This document shows, in pieces, positions 1-10,633 of a DNA stretch of 64,000 nucleotides. The DNA is taken from NCBI GenBank assembly GCA_017421125.1, contig JAFOMZ010000173.1, positions 1,209 through 65,208 of the forward strand. Direction: 5' to 3'. A program made the translations under genes and the position numbers. Origin of the DNA: Solobacterium sp. Its GTDB lineage: Bacteria > Bacillota_I > Bacilli_A > Erysipelotrichales > Erysipelotrichaceae. Numbering within the stretch: position 1 is the stretch's first letter; every line of letters begins with the position of its first letter. Under the pieces are notes generated by a model. It was not told the origin of the DNA, ran no database searches, and saw only the letters and a program-made list of their open reading frames with translations.

Positions 1-416
1 AGAAGGTCGCCGAAGCCATCGAGATGGCGGACGATTTTTCAACATATTACTATGATCTCAAGTCAGGTGAACTGGAATCCATGCTCAATGATGAAGCGTT
101 TATCGATTCAGAGGCTGAAGATGAGTTTTCTGTCCTTCTGGAAGAAGATCCGGACCGCTTCGTAGAAATGCCCGGCAGATATGATCTCCATAATTCTCCC
201 TACAGTGATTACAGGATGATGGAAGCGTTCGTTGAAACGCAGCCGATGTATAAAAACAAACTCGGCAGGGCGATCCAGGGAAAAGGCGCATTCCGCCGGT
301 TCCGGGAAGCCGTAGCACAGCTTTACCTCCTGGATGACTGGTACAAATTCCAGAACAGTTTCCGTCTTGAAGCAGCGAAATGGTGGTGCCGGAAAGAAGG
401 CTGGCACTTTGAATAA
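1..416 (+). CDS. UPF0158-family protein, probably 5'-truncated by the window edge
   Basis: Frame is open to the left edge (KVAEAIE precedes the M at 24). C-terminal AIQGKGAFRRFR...W...W motif is typical of UPF0158. Confidence 0.75.
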   Translation, partial: KVAEAIEMADDFSTYYYDLKSGELESMLNDEAFIDSEAEDEFSVLLEEDPDRFVEMPGRYDLHNSPYSDYRMMEAFVETQPMYKNKLGRAIQGKGAFRRFREAVAQLYLLDDWYKFQNSFRLEAAKWWCRKEGWHFE

Positions 417-441
417 AACGGCAGCAGCCGTGTGAGGTGTT

Positions 442-1542
442 ATGAAAAAATCTCCCATGGAAACATATATCCGCTGGCGCGGAGATCTGAGCTTTTCACA
501 GGCGGGTTTTAATGATGTCGATAACCTGATCTTCTCGGCACTTTCCTATCTTGATTTTTCACCTGTTTTCACCGATGAGAAAACGACGGAAATGAAGCTG
601 AAAGACTGTGCAGATATCATTGAACAGCCCGGTGCATACCGCCTGAAAACACTTGAAGGCGGATATGAAGATACCGTAAAGACGATTCTCCGTTCCAGAC
701 GTTTCGGTGAGATCGCCGTACGGGAATACTGTGAGATCTTTTCGGAAGAAGACCAGACACAGTTTTCAGCATGCGAATTCGTGATCGACGGCAGGACATC
801 ATATGTCAGCTTCCGCGGTACGGACAATACGATCATCGGCTGGAAAGAGGATTTCATTCTTTCCTATTCCCTGATCAGCTCGCAGAAATATGCGGAGGAA
901 TATCTGAAAAAGGTCATGCGTCCGCTGCGGAAATATTATGTCGGAGGACATTCCAAGGGCGGCAACCTGGCTCTGTTTGCGTGCGCAATGCTGGACGCAA
1001 AAAAACGGAAAAAGCTGATCAAAGTATATGCGAATGATTCGCCCGGTTTTTCCCCGGAGGTACTGGACATCAGGCTGCTTGAACCGCTGGCTGACAGGAT
1101 CGTCAGGATCAATCCTGCTTTCTGCGTGATCGGAAGGATCTTTGAGATCCCGTACGGCCGGACAGAGATCGTCGATGTAAACGAATCCGGGCTGCTCCAG
1201 CATGACCTGTTTCTGTGGAAACTGATGGGTACGGGTTATGAAGATGCCGAAGGATATGATAAAGTCAGTGACTGGGTATCCAGATCCATCAAGGAATGGA
1301 TCGAGAATATCGATCCGGCAGAACGCAGGATCTTTGTGGATGATGTATTCAATACACTGTCCGCAGGCGGTGCCGTCACCGTACAGGAGATCACCGGAAA
1401 AGGACTGATGAAGGTCATAACGACTGCCTACTCAGGTACCAGTGATACGACCAAAAAACTGATCAAGGACCTGGTGTCTGCAGCCGCACTGCAGGCAGCG
1501 CCGGAAAAAGCAGGACAGCAGGCAGCAGACCGGGAGAAATAA
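442..1542 (+). CDS. DUF2974 (Mbeg1-like) alpha/beta hydrolase
   Basis: YIRWRGDLSF N-terminus, SFRGTD, GWKEDF, and nucleophile elbow GHSKGG. Confidence 0.85.
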   Translation: MKKSPMETYIRWRGDLSFSQAGFNDVDNLIFSALSYLDFSPVFTDEKTTEMKLKDCADIIEQPGAYRLKTLEGGYEDTVKTILRSRRFGEIAVREYCEIFSEEDQTQFSACEFVIDGRTSYVSFRGTDNTIIGWKEDFILSYSLISSQKYAEEYLKKVMRPLRKYYVGGHSKGGNLALFACAMLDAKKRKKLIKVYANDSPGFSPEVLDIRLLEPLADRIVRINPAFCVIGRIFEIPYGRTEIVDVNESGLLQHDLFLWKLMGTGYEDAEGYDKVSDWVSRSIKEWIENIDPAERRIFVDDVFNTLSAGGAVTVQEITGKGLMKVITTAYSGTSDTTKKLIKDLVSAAALQAAPEKAGQQAADREK

Positions 1543-3705
1543 ATGAAATTGACAGAGTGCTGGATCGAACATCCCGTGAGGCATATCGATCGGACATTTA
1601 CATATTATTATGACGGGGATATCACGCCCGGTGTGCGTGTGAGCGTTAATTTCGCAAACCGCAATGTCATCGGCTTTGTGGAATCCGTCACAGAGACACA
1701 GGAAACACTTGAGGAAGCAGAGAAACGTCTCGGCATCAGCCTGAAACCTGTGCTTTCCGTGCTTGACGACGCCCCGCTGATCACACCTGAACTGCATGAT
1801 CTTGCCATGTGGATGCGTGAAAATACGCTGTCTACGGCGATCAGCTGTTTTCAGTGCATGCTGCCGGGGAAGATCAAGCCGGGCGGAAAGATCAGCCAGG
1901 CAGTACTGGAACGCAGAGTGCGGATCCTGGACAACGAAGTGTCGCTGACGCCTAAACAGCTCTCATGCTACAGGGAGATCACAGAGCTCGGGGAAGCCTC
2001 CTATACGGAGATGAGAAAGAAGTATCCCTCTGTTCTGGCAAAGCTGATCGAAAAAGACGCAGTTGAGGTATTCAGCGTTGAAAAAGAAGCTGTGATGCCT
2101 GCCGGAGAAGAAGAAAACGGCAGGGTCCTGACACCCCAGCAGCAGAAAGCAGTGGATGAGGTCAGGAACAGTGATGATCCTGTTTTCCTGATCAAAGGGG
2201 TGACCGGTTCAGGCAAAACGGAAGTATACCTGAATCTTGCCCAGCATGCGCTGGAAGAAGGACGCCAGGTACTGATCCTCGTTCCGGAGATCGCCCTGAC
2301 GCCCCAGATGATCGAACGGGTATCAAAACGCTTTTCAAATGCGCTCGCGATCTACCATTCCGGCCTGAACCCTCAGGAAAAATACGAGCAGTATAAGCTT
2401 GTCTACAGCAATAAGGCACGGGTCATCGTCGGTACAAGAAGCGCAGTTTTCCTGCCGTTCAGGGACCTCGGACTGATCGTCATGGATGAGGAACATGATA
2501 CTTCCTACAAACAGGAAAACCAGCCTGCATATCATTGCCGTGACGTTGCGATATGGAGAGGAAAATATCATCATTGTCCGGTCGTCCTGGGCAGCGCGAC
2601 GCCTTCCCTGGAATCATACGCGCGGGCAGTGAGAAAGGTCTATCATCTGATCCTGATGGATGAGCGCATCAATATGACGCTGCCTGAGATCAGTGTTGTC
2701 GATATCAGAAAGGCAATGCAGGAAGGACAGTCTTATATCCTTTCCGATGAACTGACCGGTGAACTGAAAAAATGTCTGGACCGTAAACAGCAGTCGATCC
2801 TGCTGCTGAACCGCAGGGGATATCATTCCGTGATCCGCTGCCGGAGCTGCCAGACCGCTTTGAAATGTCCGCACTGCGATATTGCGATGAGCTGGCACCG
2901 TGATGAACGGCTGCTGAAATGCCATACATGCGGCACGGTCATGCGCGTACCGAAGGCATGCCCTGAATGCGGCAGCACTGCCGGGTTTGCGGCATTCGGC
3001 TTCGGCACCCAGAAGCTGGAAGCGGAACTGCAGGAGAAATTCCCCGCCGCAAAGGTACTCCGCATGGATGCGGATACGACCGGACGCAAAAACGCCCACG
3101 AAAAGATCCTGAAGGCATTCGGGAACGGTGAAGCGGATATTCTTCTTGGAACACAGATGATCGCAAAGGGCCTGGACTATCCGAATGTAACGCTGGTCGG
3201 GATCATCAACGGCGATGAGGGCATTGCAAGAACTGACTTCCGCAGCTGCGAATTATCTTTTGATCTTCTGATGCAGGCATCAGGCCGCAGCGGCAGAAGT
3301 GAATATCCCGGTAAGGTGATCCTGCAGGTATTTGATCCCGGACACTATGCCGTACAGTGTGCTGCCCAGCAGGACTATGATACGTTCTTTGTTCAGGAAA
3401 TGCGTTACCGCCATGCGGGGATGTATCCTCCATATACATACCTGATCGCCCTGACGGTCTCTTCCGATACGCAGGATAAAGCGGACAAAGATGCCTATGT
3501 GATCCGTCAGGCATTGAACGGCAGCTATAAAACGATCGGCGTCCTGACACTGCTGAAGATCAATGACCGGTGCCGCAGCCGTGTTCTGCTAAAGGGACAG
3601 GACCTGGATGAAATGCGCAGGGATGTCAGGGCATTCCTCGACAGCAGGGAAGGCGGCAGGATCAAAGACCTGAGGATCGATGTCAATCCTCTTGTACTGG
3701 ATTAA
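1543..3705 (+). CDS. priA: Primosomal protein N' helicase
   Basis: GVTGSGKT Walker A, VPEIALTPQ, DEEH, four CxxC zinc pairs, GTQMIAKGLD. Confidence 0.97.
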   Translation: MKLTECWIEHPVRHIDRTFTYYYDGDITPGVRVSVNFANRNVIGFVESVTETQETLEEAEKRLGISLKPVLSVLDDAPLITPELHDLAMWMRENTLSTAISCFQCMLPGKIKPGGKISQAVLERRVRILDNEVSLTPKQLSCYREITELGEASYTEMRKKYPSVLAKLIEKDAVEVFSVEKEAVMPAGEEENGRVLTPQQQKAVDEVRNSDDPVFLIKGVTGSGKTEVYLNLAQHALEEGRQVLILVPEIALTPQMIERVSKRFSNALAIYHSGLNPQEKYEQYKLVYSNKARVIVGTRSAVFLPFRDLGLIVMDEEHDTSYKQENQPAYHCRDVAIWRGKYHHCPVVLGSATPSLESYARAVRKVYHLILMDERINMTLPEISVVDIRKAMQEGQSYILSDELTGELKKCLDRKQQSILLLNRRGYHSVIRCRSCQTALKCPHCDIAMSWHRDERLLKCHTCGTVMRVPKACPECGSTAGFAAFGFGTQKLEAELQEKFPAAKVLRMDADTTGRKNAHEKILKAFGNGEADILLGTQMIAKGLDYPNVTLVGIINGDEGIARTDFRSCELSFDLLMQASGRSGRSEYPGKVILQVFDPGHYAVQCAAQQDYDTFFVQEMRYRHAGMYPPYTYLIALTVSSDTQDKADKDAYVIRQALNGSYKTIGVLTLLKINDRCRSRVLLKGQDLDEMRRDVRAFLDSREGGRIKDLRIDVNPLVLD

Positions 3706-3713
3706 GGAGAAGG

Positions 3714-4949
3714 ATGATGAATCCAAGACAATACGCACTGAACGTGCTGGAACAGGTAGTGCTGGATCACGGATACGCGAATCTGCTGCTCAGGAAGCAG
3801 AATGATTTTTCTGTGCAGGATATGGGACTGATCTCCGAGATCGTATACGGGACGCTGAGAAATTATACGTGGCTGGAATACCAGTGGAAGCACTTTGCGA
3901 AAACAGTCAGGCCGAAGACAGCAGTGCTGCTGAATATGAGTGTCTATCAGATGCTCTATCTGGATAAGGTACCTGATTATGCTGTCATCAATGAAGCTGT
4001 TGAGATGTGTCAGAAAAAAGACAAGAGCTTTGTCAACGCGGTGCTCAGGAAAGTACAGAAACAGCAGGAACGCACGGCAGAGACGAAAGATGAGATCGAA
4101 GCTGCTGCACTGCGTCTCAGTCATCCGCTCTGGCTGATGAAACTATGGACTGCACATTACGGAAAAGAGACTGCCCTGAAGATCGCTGAACACGATCAGT
4201 CCAGGGGACAGGTCTACGGCAGGATCAATACACTGAAGATCTCCAGGGAAGAACTGCTGGCGGACAGCCGCGTGCATTTCATCAACGATATCAGTTTTAC
4301 ATTTGACGGCAATCTCACGGATACGGACTGGTTCCGGAACGGACAGGTGATCATACAGGATATCGCCTCAGCCATGATCCCGGAGTACCTGGATACCGAA
4401 CCCGGCATGCGGGTCCTGGATGTCTGTGCCGCACCCGGCACCAAGACACAGGAGACTGCGATGCTGATGGAAGACAAAGGCAGGATCGATGCGGGAGATC
4501 TTTATGAGCACCGCGTGGAACTGATCGACAGGCTGATGGAACGGACAGGCGTCAGTATCGTCAGCGCTGCGGTGCGCGACGCCACGGCAGCTCCGGAAGG
4601 GGAACCGTATGACCGGATCCTTGCCGACGTACCGTGTTCGGGACTCGGTGATCTCAGGGGAAAGCCCGAGATTCGTCTTCATACGGCACCGGAAGATCTG
4701 GATGAACTGGCAGCTGTTCAGAAAAAGATCCTTGCGGCATGCGCGCCGGCACTCAGGCCGGGAGGGATCCTTGTTTACAGTACATGTACGCTGAACCGTA
4801 AAGAAAACGAGAATCAGATCGCGTCATTTCTGAAGGAACACCCGGAATTTACATTGATGAAGGAAAAGACATTCTTTCCGTTTGAACTGAACAGTGATGG
4901 TTTCTATGTCGCTCAGCTGAAAAAAACGGACAGGTTTATGCTAGAATAG
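3714..4949 (+). CDS. rsmB: 16S rRNA m5C967 methyltransferase (Sun)
   Basis: NusB-like N-terminus (AVINEAVE, FVNAVLR), DVCAAPGTKT, DVPCSGLG, YSTCT. Confidence 0.95.
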   Translation: MMNPRQYALNVLEQVVLDHGYANLLLRKQNDFSVQDMGLISEIVYGTLRNYTWLEYQWKHFAKTVRPKTAVLLNMSVYQMLYLDKVPDYAVINEAVEMCQKKDKSFVNAVLRKVQKQQERTAETKDEIEAAALRLSHPLWLMKLWTAHYGKETALKIAEHDQSRGQVYGRINTLKISREELLADSRVHFINDISFTFDGNLTDTDWFRNGQVIIQDIASAMIPEYLDTEPGMRVLDVCAAPGTKTQETAMLMEDKGRIDAGDLYEHRVELIDRLMERTGVSIVSAAVRDATAAPEGEPYDRILADVPCSGLGDLRGKPEIRLHTAPEDLDELAAVQKKILAACAPALRPGGILVYSTCTLNRKENENQIASFLKEHPEFTLMKEKTFFPFELNSDGFYVAQLKKTDRFMLE

Positions 4950-4954
4950 AACAC

Positions 4955-5998
4955 ATGCAGACGATATATGACTATACATTGAAACAGCTGGAAGAAGTGC
5001 TCGGTGAAATGGGGCAGAAGCCTTACCGGGCAAAACAGCTTTATACGTGGCTGTACCGGAAACGCGTCCAGTCATTTGATGAGATGACGGATCTGCCGGC
5101 TGCTTTGATCGCGCAGCTGAAAGAGAAATACGTCATCATGCCGGTAAAACTGATCGAGAAACAGGTTGCCAGGGATCTGACTGCCAAGTATCTGTTTGAA
5201 CTGGAAGACGGTATGACGATCGAAACAGTTCTGATGCATTTTAATTTCGGGGAGAGCGTATGCGTATCTTCCCAGGTCGGATGCAACATGGGATGCACAT
5301 TCTGTGCTTCCGGACTTCTGAAGAAGCAGAGGAACCTGACAGCAGGGGAACTGACCGGCCAGATCATGTACATCCAGAAAGAACTGGATGCCGAAGAAAA
5401 GCGTGTCGACAACGTCGTCGTCATGGGTACCGGCGAACCGTTTGATAACTTTAATCATGTGATGGATTTCTGCGCAGTGATCAACAGCGATCACGGACTG
5501 GCCATCGGAGCAAGACATATCACGATCTCCACATGCGGCATCGTTCCGAAGATCAGGGAATTTGCGGCAAGGCATCTGCAGTACAACCTGGCGATATCCC
5601 TGCACGCGCCGACGGATGAACTGCGCAGCAGGCTGATGCCGATCAACAGGGCATATCCGCTGGATGAACTGATGGGTGCCCTGAAGGACTACAGTACGGA
5701 TAATCACAGACGTCTGACGTTTGAATATATCCTGCTGAAGGGCGTCAATGATACGGATGATCATGCCAGGACGCTGGCAGACCTGATCCGCGGCATGAAT
5801 GCCTATGTGAACCTGATCCCCTATAACGAAGTAGATGAAAACGGATATCACAAGACGGACGCCAAAGGAGCTCTGCACTTCTATGATGTTCTGATGAAGA
5901 ACGGTGTGAAGGCAACACTCAGAACGACCCACGGTGATGATATCGACGCTGCCTGCGGACAGCTGAGAGCAAAACATGAAAGGTCTGTATCCAGATGA
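4955..5998 (+). CDS. rlmN: 23S rRNA m2A2503 radical SAM methyltransferase
   Basis: SSQVGCNMGCTFC, MGTGEP, DIDAACGQL. Confidence 0.96.
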   Translation: MQTIYDYTLKQLEEVLGEMGQKPYRAKQLYTWLYRKRVQSFDEMTDLPAALIAQLKEKYVIMPVKLIEKQVARDLTAKYLFELEDGMTIETVLMHFNFGESVCVSSQVGCNMGCTFCASGLLKKQRNLTAGELTGQIMYIQKELDAEEKRVDNVVVMGTGEPFDNFNHVMDFCAVINSDHGLAIGARHITISTCGIVPKIREFAARHLQYNLAISLHAPTDELRSRLMPINRAYPLDELMGALKDYSTDNHRRLTFEYILLKGVNDTDDHARTLADLIRGMNAYVNLIPYNEVDENGYHKTDAKGALHFYDVLMKNGVKATLRTTHGDDIDAACGQLRAKHERSVSR

Positions 5999-6744
5999 AA
6001 TACTATGGGATAACTGACCGCGGACTTGCGCGGAAAAGCAATCAGGATAGTTACATGGTCAGTGCGAATCATGCACATGATCTTTTCCTTATGGTCTGTG
6101 ACGGGATCGGCGGTGCCAGAGGCGGTGATGTAGCATCACGTACAGCCGTCAGGCACATTTCCGAAGCATTCTCACAGACCGATGCTTTTACCGATGAAAG
6201 CGATCTGAAGAAATGGCTGAAAACAGAGATCAACGCGGTCAACAAAACCATTCTTGAAATGGGAACGAAGGACGAACGGCTCAACGGCATGGGCACAACG
6301 CTGGCAGCAGTCATTCTGACCGGCTGCGGCAGGTTTGTCGTCAACATCGGAGACAGCCGTGTATACGGATACCGTTTCGAAAATACCGAATTCCGCCAGC
6401 TTACAACGGATCATACGCTTGTTGAAGATCTGATCCGGCACGGTGAGCTGACGAGAGAAGAAGCTGCGGATTACCCGCGTAAAAATGTACTGACCAATGC
6501 GCTTGGCGTATGGGACAATATCCGTTATGATGTCGTGCTTCATAACGAACCGCTGGACGGATTCCTGATCTGTTCCGACGGGCTGCACGGATATGTATCC
6601 CCGGATATCCTGAAATCGATCGTTTTCGACCGGGACAGTGATCCTTCGCTGAGAGCGAGAAGGCTGGTCAAACAGGCTCTTCTGGCAGGCGGATATGACA
6701 ATATCAGTGTTATCCTGCTGGACCTGGAAGGAGAGACGTTATGA
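5995..6744 (+). CDS. stp: PP2C-family Ser/Thr phosphatase (Stp1/PrpC)
   Basis: NQDS, VCDGIGG, GMGTT, NIGDSR, CSDGL, GGYDN; lies upstream of the kinase. Confidence 0.93.
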   Translation: MKYYGITDRGLARKSNQDSYMVSANHAHDLFLMVCDGIGGARGGDVASRTAVRHISEAFSQTDAFTDESDLKKWLKTEINAVNKTILEMGTKDERLNGMGTTLAAVILTGCGRFVVNIGDSRVYGYRFENTEFRQLTTDHTLVEDLIRHGELTREEAADYPRKNVLTNALGVWDNIRYDVVLHNEPLDGFLICSDGLHGYVSPDILKSIVFDRDSDPSLRARRLVKQALLAGGYDNISVILLDLEGETL

Positions 6745-8495
6745 GCGGCAGAAAAAATATGATAGCAAACCGGTATGAGGTGTTCAAGCATATCGGACAG
6801 GGCGGAATGGCAGATGTCTTCCTCGCTGTCGATACGATCCTGAACCGGCAGGTCGCAATCAAGATCTTGAGAAGTGAACTGAGTACAGACGCTGTTTCCG
6901 TACTCAGGTTTGAACGTGAAGCCCAGGCAGCGACAGCCCTGACGCATCCCAATATCGTCGATATATACGATGTCGGTGATTATAAAGGACATCACTATAT
7001 CGTCATGGAATATGTCGAAGGAAAGACGCTGAAGCAGGTCATTCAGGCAAGGGGAGCGCTATTGAAGGAAGAAGCTGTTGATATTATGAAACAGCTCGTC
7101 TCAGCGATCTCCGAAGCGCATAAGCGCGGCATCATCCATCGTGATATCAAGCCGCAGAATGTCATTGTAAAGGCAGACGGCACGATCAAGGTGCTGGACT
7201 TCGGCATTGCCCTTGCCAAAGGCAGCATGCAGCTGACACAGGCAAACAATGTCATGGGCTCTGTACATTATCTGGCTCCGGAACTTGCCAGAGGCGAATC
7301 GGCATCCGTCCAGTCGGATATTTACGCGCTCGGCATCGTGCTGTTTGAGGCACTGACCGGAGATGTTCCGTTCAAGGCGGATTCCGCGGTACAGGTAGCC
7401 CTGATGCACATGAGGAATGAAATGCCCAGTGTCAGGGTGTTCAATCCGACCCTGCCCCAGTCCGTGGAAAACATCGTCATCCGCGCTACGGCAAAAGACC
7501 GTACGCAGAGATATGTTTCCTGCAATGAAATGCTGGACGACCTGAAAACATGCCTGAGACCGGAACGCCTGAACGAACCGAAACTGATCCTGGAGACAAC
7601 GGAACAGGCGAAAAAGCTGACTGACACAGCGAAGGCACATTCCGAAAAGAACAGCAAAACAGTCAAAAAGCATACAGAAAAGAAAAAGGAACCCGTCAGG
7701 GAATATAAGCGGGTAAGCGATCCCGCGATCCAGCGCAAGCCCCGTACGAACAAATTCATGATGGGACTGCTGATCTTCCTGCTGTTTCTGCTGACGGTAT
7801 CAGGTGTCTATTACGCGCTGAATGTGAGCGGCATCCTGACACCGGAGCCGACGACCGTAGAGGTGCCGAACCTGATCAATATGACGCTGACCGAAGCGGA
7901 GGATGCCTGTATGCAGGCTGAGCTGCAGCTTGATACAGCGAATGTTACATATGAGCTGACTGATTTCACCGATAAAGGGAAGATCGTAAAAGTGAGCCCT
8001 GAAATCGGTGAAGAAGTAGAAAAAGGATCAAAGATCACCGTAACTGTTTCCAGCGGTATCGGCATCACCGTGAAAAACTACGCCGGATGGACATTAACAG
8101 AAGCGATGGATGATCTTTCCCAGTACAGCCGCATGAGTGTTTTGACAGATCATGAGGACAGTGAAACGGTTGCCCCGGGTGTTGTCATACGTCAGGAACT
8201 GCTGGAAGCAGGAACGAAATTCAATCCTGAGAATACATATGAGATCATGCTTGTATACTCCTCATATCCGACGATCACGATCCCTTACGATGTTTACGGT
8301 ATGGAGATCACGGAAGCGGTGAGCTATCTTGAGTCGCTTGGGGCAAAAGTCCTGACGAGCAACCTGGATCCCTCCAGTCTCAGCGAAGCGGAACAGGAAG
8401 CACTGAGTTACGGGACTGTGATCAGAAGCGATCCTGAAACAGGAACGGATTATACACAGGAAGAAAGCAATTACGTTATTTTGTACTACTATTGA
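6741..8495 (+). CDS. pknB: Hanks-type Ser/Thr kinase with TM helix and PASTA domains (PknB/PrkC)
   Basis: [32 protein letters not shown], hydrophobic TM segment, [13 protein letters not shown] start. Confidence 0.95.
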   Translation: MSGRKNMIANRYEVFKHIGQGGMADVFLAVDTILNRQVAIKILRSELSTDAVSVLRFEREAQAATALTHPNIVDIYDVGDYKGHHYIVMEYVEGKTLKQVIQARGALLKEEAVDIMKQLVSAISEAHKRGIIHRDIKPQNVIVKADGTIKVLDFGIALAKGSMQLTQANNVMGSVHYLAPELARGESASVQSDIYALGIVLFEALTGDVPFKADSAVQVALMHMRNEMPSVRVFNPTLPQSVENIVIRATAKDRTQRYVSCNEMLDDLKTCLRPERLNEPKLILETTEQAKKLTDTAKAHSEKNSKTVKKHTEKKKEPVREYKRVSDPAIQRKPRTNKFMMGLLIFLLFLLTVSGVYYALNVSGILTPEPTTVEVPNLINMTLTEAEDACMQAELQLDTANVTYELTDFTDKGKIVKVSPEIGEEVEKGSKITVTVSSGIGITVKNYAGWTLTEAMDDLSQYSRMSVLTDHEDSETVAPGVVIRQELLEAGTKFNPENTYEIMLVYSSYPTITIPYDVYGMEITEAVSYLESLGAKVLTSNLDPSSLSEAEQEALSYGTVIRSDPETGTDYTQEESNYVILYYY

Positions 8496-8507
8496 TCGGA
8501 GTGCTGA

Positions 8508-9371
8508 ATGATTGCAAGAATCGTTAAGATCGTATCAAAACATTATCAGCTTCTGCAGGAGGACGGTACCCGGAGCGACGCGATCGTCATGGGCAAGGTG
8601 CGTCTGCAGATGACGCCATGCACGGGAGATATGGTAGAGGCGGATCTGATCAACGGACAGTATGTGATCCAGAAGATACTGCCCAGGAAGAATCATCTGA
8701 TCCGTCCGTTCGTCTCCAATGTCGATCAGGCACTGATCGTGATGAGCGTCAAGGATCCGGATTTTTCTGCTGTACTCGTTGACAGGCTGTGTTTCCTGAT
8801 CGTCAATGCCGGAATTACACCGTTATTGTGCGTTACAAAGACGGATCTTGGCATCAGCGAAGAAACAGAAGCACGGATCAGGGAGTATGAGAACGGTCCG
8901 ATGCAGGTGATCAGGACCTCTAAAGAAACACTTGATCCTTCTCTGGCAGATATCCTGAAAGGGAAGGTGACGGTGCTGACGGGACAGTCAGGCGCAGGAA
9001 AATCTACGCTGCTCAATACTCTGGAACCGACGTTCCATCTGGAAACGCAGGAGATCTCAAAGGCGCTTGGCAGAGGAAAGCATACGACCCGTCATAATGA
9101 ACTGCATCCGGTCGCAGGAGGACTGGTGTGTGATACACCGGGCTTCAGTTCGCTGGACTTTTCGAAGATGAGCGTTACGGATCTCGCGGAATCTGTCCGT
9201 GAATTCGAACCGTATCTCGGCAAGTGCAGATTCAATGACTGCGTTCACCAGAATGAACCGGGCTGTGCCGTCAAACACGCTGTGGAAGAAGGCATCATCC
9301 CGCAGACCAGATACGATAACTACCTCATGGTTCTGAAAATGATCCAGGAAAGAAAGGAAAAATACATATGA
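8508..9371 (+). CDS. rsgA: Ribosome small-subunit-dependent GTPase
   Basis: TKTD, GQSGAGKS, GKHTT, DTPG, CRFNDCVHQNEPGC zinc motif. Confidence 0.96.
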   Translation: MIARIVKIVSKHYQLLQEDGTRSDAIVMGKVRLQMTPCTGDMVEADLINGQYVIQKILPRKNHLIRPFVSNVDQALIVMSVKDPDFSAVLVDRLCFLIVNAGITPLLCVTKTDLGISEETEARIREYENGPMQVIRTSKETLDPSLADILKGKVTVLTGQSGAGKSTLLNTLEPTFHLETQEISKALGRGKHTTRHNELHPVAGGLVCDTPGFSSLDFSKMSVTDLAESVREFEPYLGKCRFNDCVHQNEPGCAVKHAVEEGIIPQTRYDNYLMVLKMIQERKEKYI

Positions 9372-10012
9372 TCATATCTCCTTCGGTATTGTCACTTGAT
9401 TACAGCCGCATGGCTGAACAGATGAGTGAACTGAACGCTTCCGGTGCGGAATGGATTCATTTTGATGTCATGGACGGACACTTTGTCCCGAACCTGACAT
9501 TCGGTCCGGACCTGCTCAAAGCATTCCGCAAAATGAGCAGTCTTGTCCTCGATGTACATCTGATGGTAACGGATCCAGGATTCTTTTCGGATGTTTTCCT
9601 GAAAGCCGGAGCGGATGTTATTACATTCCATTATGAGGCTATGGGCAGTCCTGATGAGATCAGGTCACTTGCAAAGCATATCCGTGAACAGGGAGCGCTG
9701 GCAGGGATCTCCGTCAAGCCGGGAACCGATGTCAGTGTTCTGTATCCGTTCCTGGAAGACTTTGATCTGTTCCTGATCATGTCTGTTGAGCCCGGCTTCG
9801 GCGGACAGAGCTTCATGATGTCTGCAGTTGACAAGATCGCTGCACTCAGGGAAAAGCTGAATGAAGCAGGACTGCATGCACATATCGAAGTGGATGGCGG
9901 GATCAATGCCGAAACAGGCAGACTTGTCAAAGATGCAGGTGCCGATGTCCTGGTTGCCGGTTCCTACGTATTCAAAAACAACATCAAAGAGGCGGTGAAT
10001 TCACTTGTCTGA
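9368..10012 (+). CDS. rpe: Ribulose-phosphate 3-epimerase
   Basis: HFDVMDGHFVPN, MSVEPGFGGQ, EVDGGIN, VAGS. Confidence 0.97.
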   Translation: MIISPSVLSLDYSRMAEQMSELNASGAEWIHFDVMDGHFVPNLTFGPDLLKAFRKMSSLVLDVHLMVTDPGFFSDVFLKAGADVITFHYEAMGSPDEIRSLAKHIREQGALAGISVKPGTDVSVLYPFLEDFDLFLIMSVEPGFGGQSFMMSAVDKIAALREKLNEAGLHAHIEVDGGINAETGRLVKDAGADVLVAGSYVFKNNIKEAVNSLV

Positions 10013-10616
10013 GTGCATCGTATGCCTGACACTGACCAGCCGGCTGCCCGATGGTTCATGCGACCTGATCGGCGTAGACAGAGGTGCGCTGTTCCTGGCA
10101 AAGCACGGGAAGCGCATGAAGCTGTCTGTCGGAGACTTTGATTCGGTTGATGAGAAGGATCTGTCACTGATCAGGGAATACAGTGATGAAATGATCAGGC
10201 TGAATCCTGTCAAGGATGATTCCGATTCGGAATCCGCAATACGTCAGCTGATCAGCAGGGGATATCAGAAGATCACCCTGCTGGGCGGTCTGGGCGGCAG
10301 GGCGGACCATGAGATCGTCAATCTGAAGCTGGCGGAAGAGTTCGCCGGTCATATATGGCTGAAGAATGACCAGAACCTGATCACGGTCCTGAAGGAAGGA
10401 ACGTATGAGATCGATCCTGCGGGATATCGTTATATATCGTTCTTTGCCGTAATGCCTTCTGTCATCACACTGGAACAAATGAAATATCCGCTCAATGAGC
10501 GGATGCTGTATCCCGGTGATCTCTATGCGCTGTCCAATGAGATCACAGGAGATAAGGGGATCGTCCGGATCGCTTCCGGCAAGGTCCTGATGATACAATC
10601 AGATGATAAAAAATAA
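10005..10616 (+). CDS. thiN: Thiamine pyrophosphokinase
   Basis: GVDRGA, GDFDS, KDDSD, GGRADH, LSNE; conserved position after rpe; TTG start. Confidence 0.93.
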   Translation: MSECIVCLTLTSRLPDGSCDLIGVDRGALFLAKHGKRMKLSVGDFDSVDEKDLSLIREYSDEMIRLNPVKDDSDSESAIRQLISRGYQKITLLGGLGGRADHEIVNLKLAEEFAGHIWLKNDQNLITVLKEGTYEIDPAGYRYISFFAVMPSVITLEQMKYPLNERMLYPGDLYALSNEITGDKGIVRIASGKVLMIQSDDKK

Positions 10617-10633
10617 AAAGAACTTCCGTGAAG

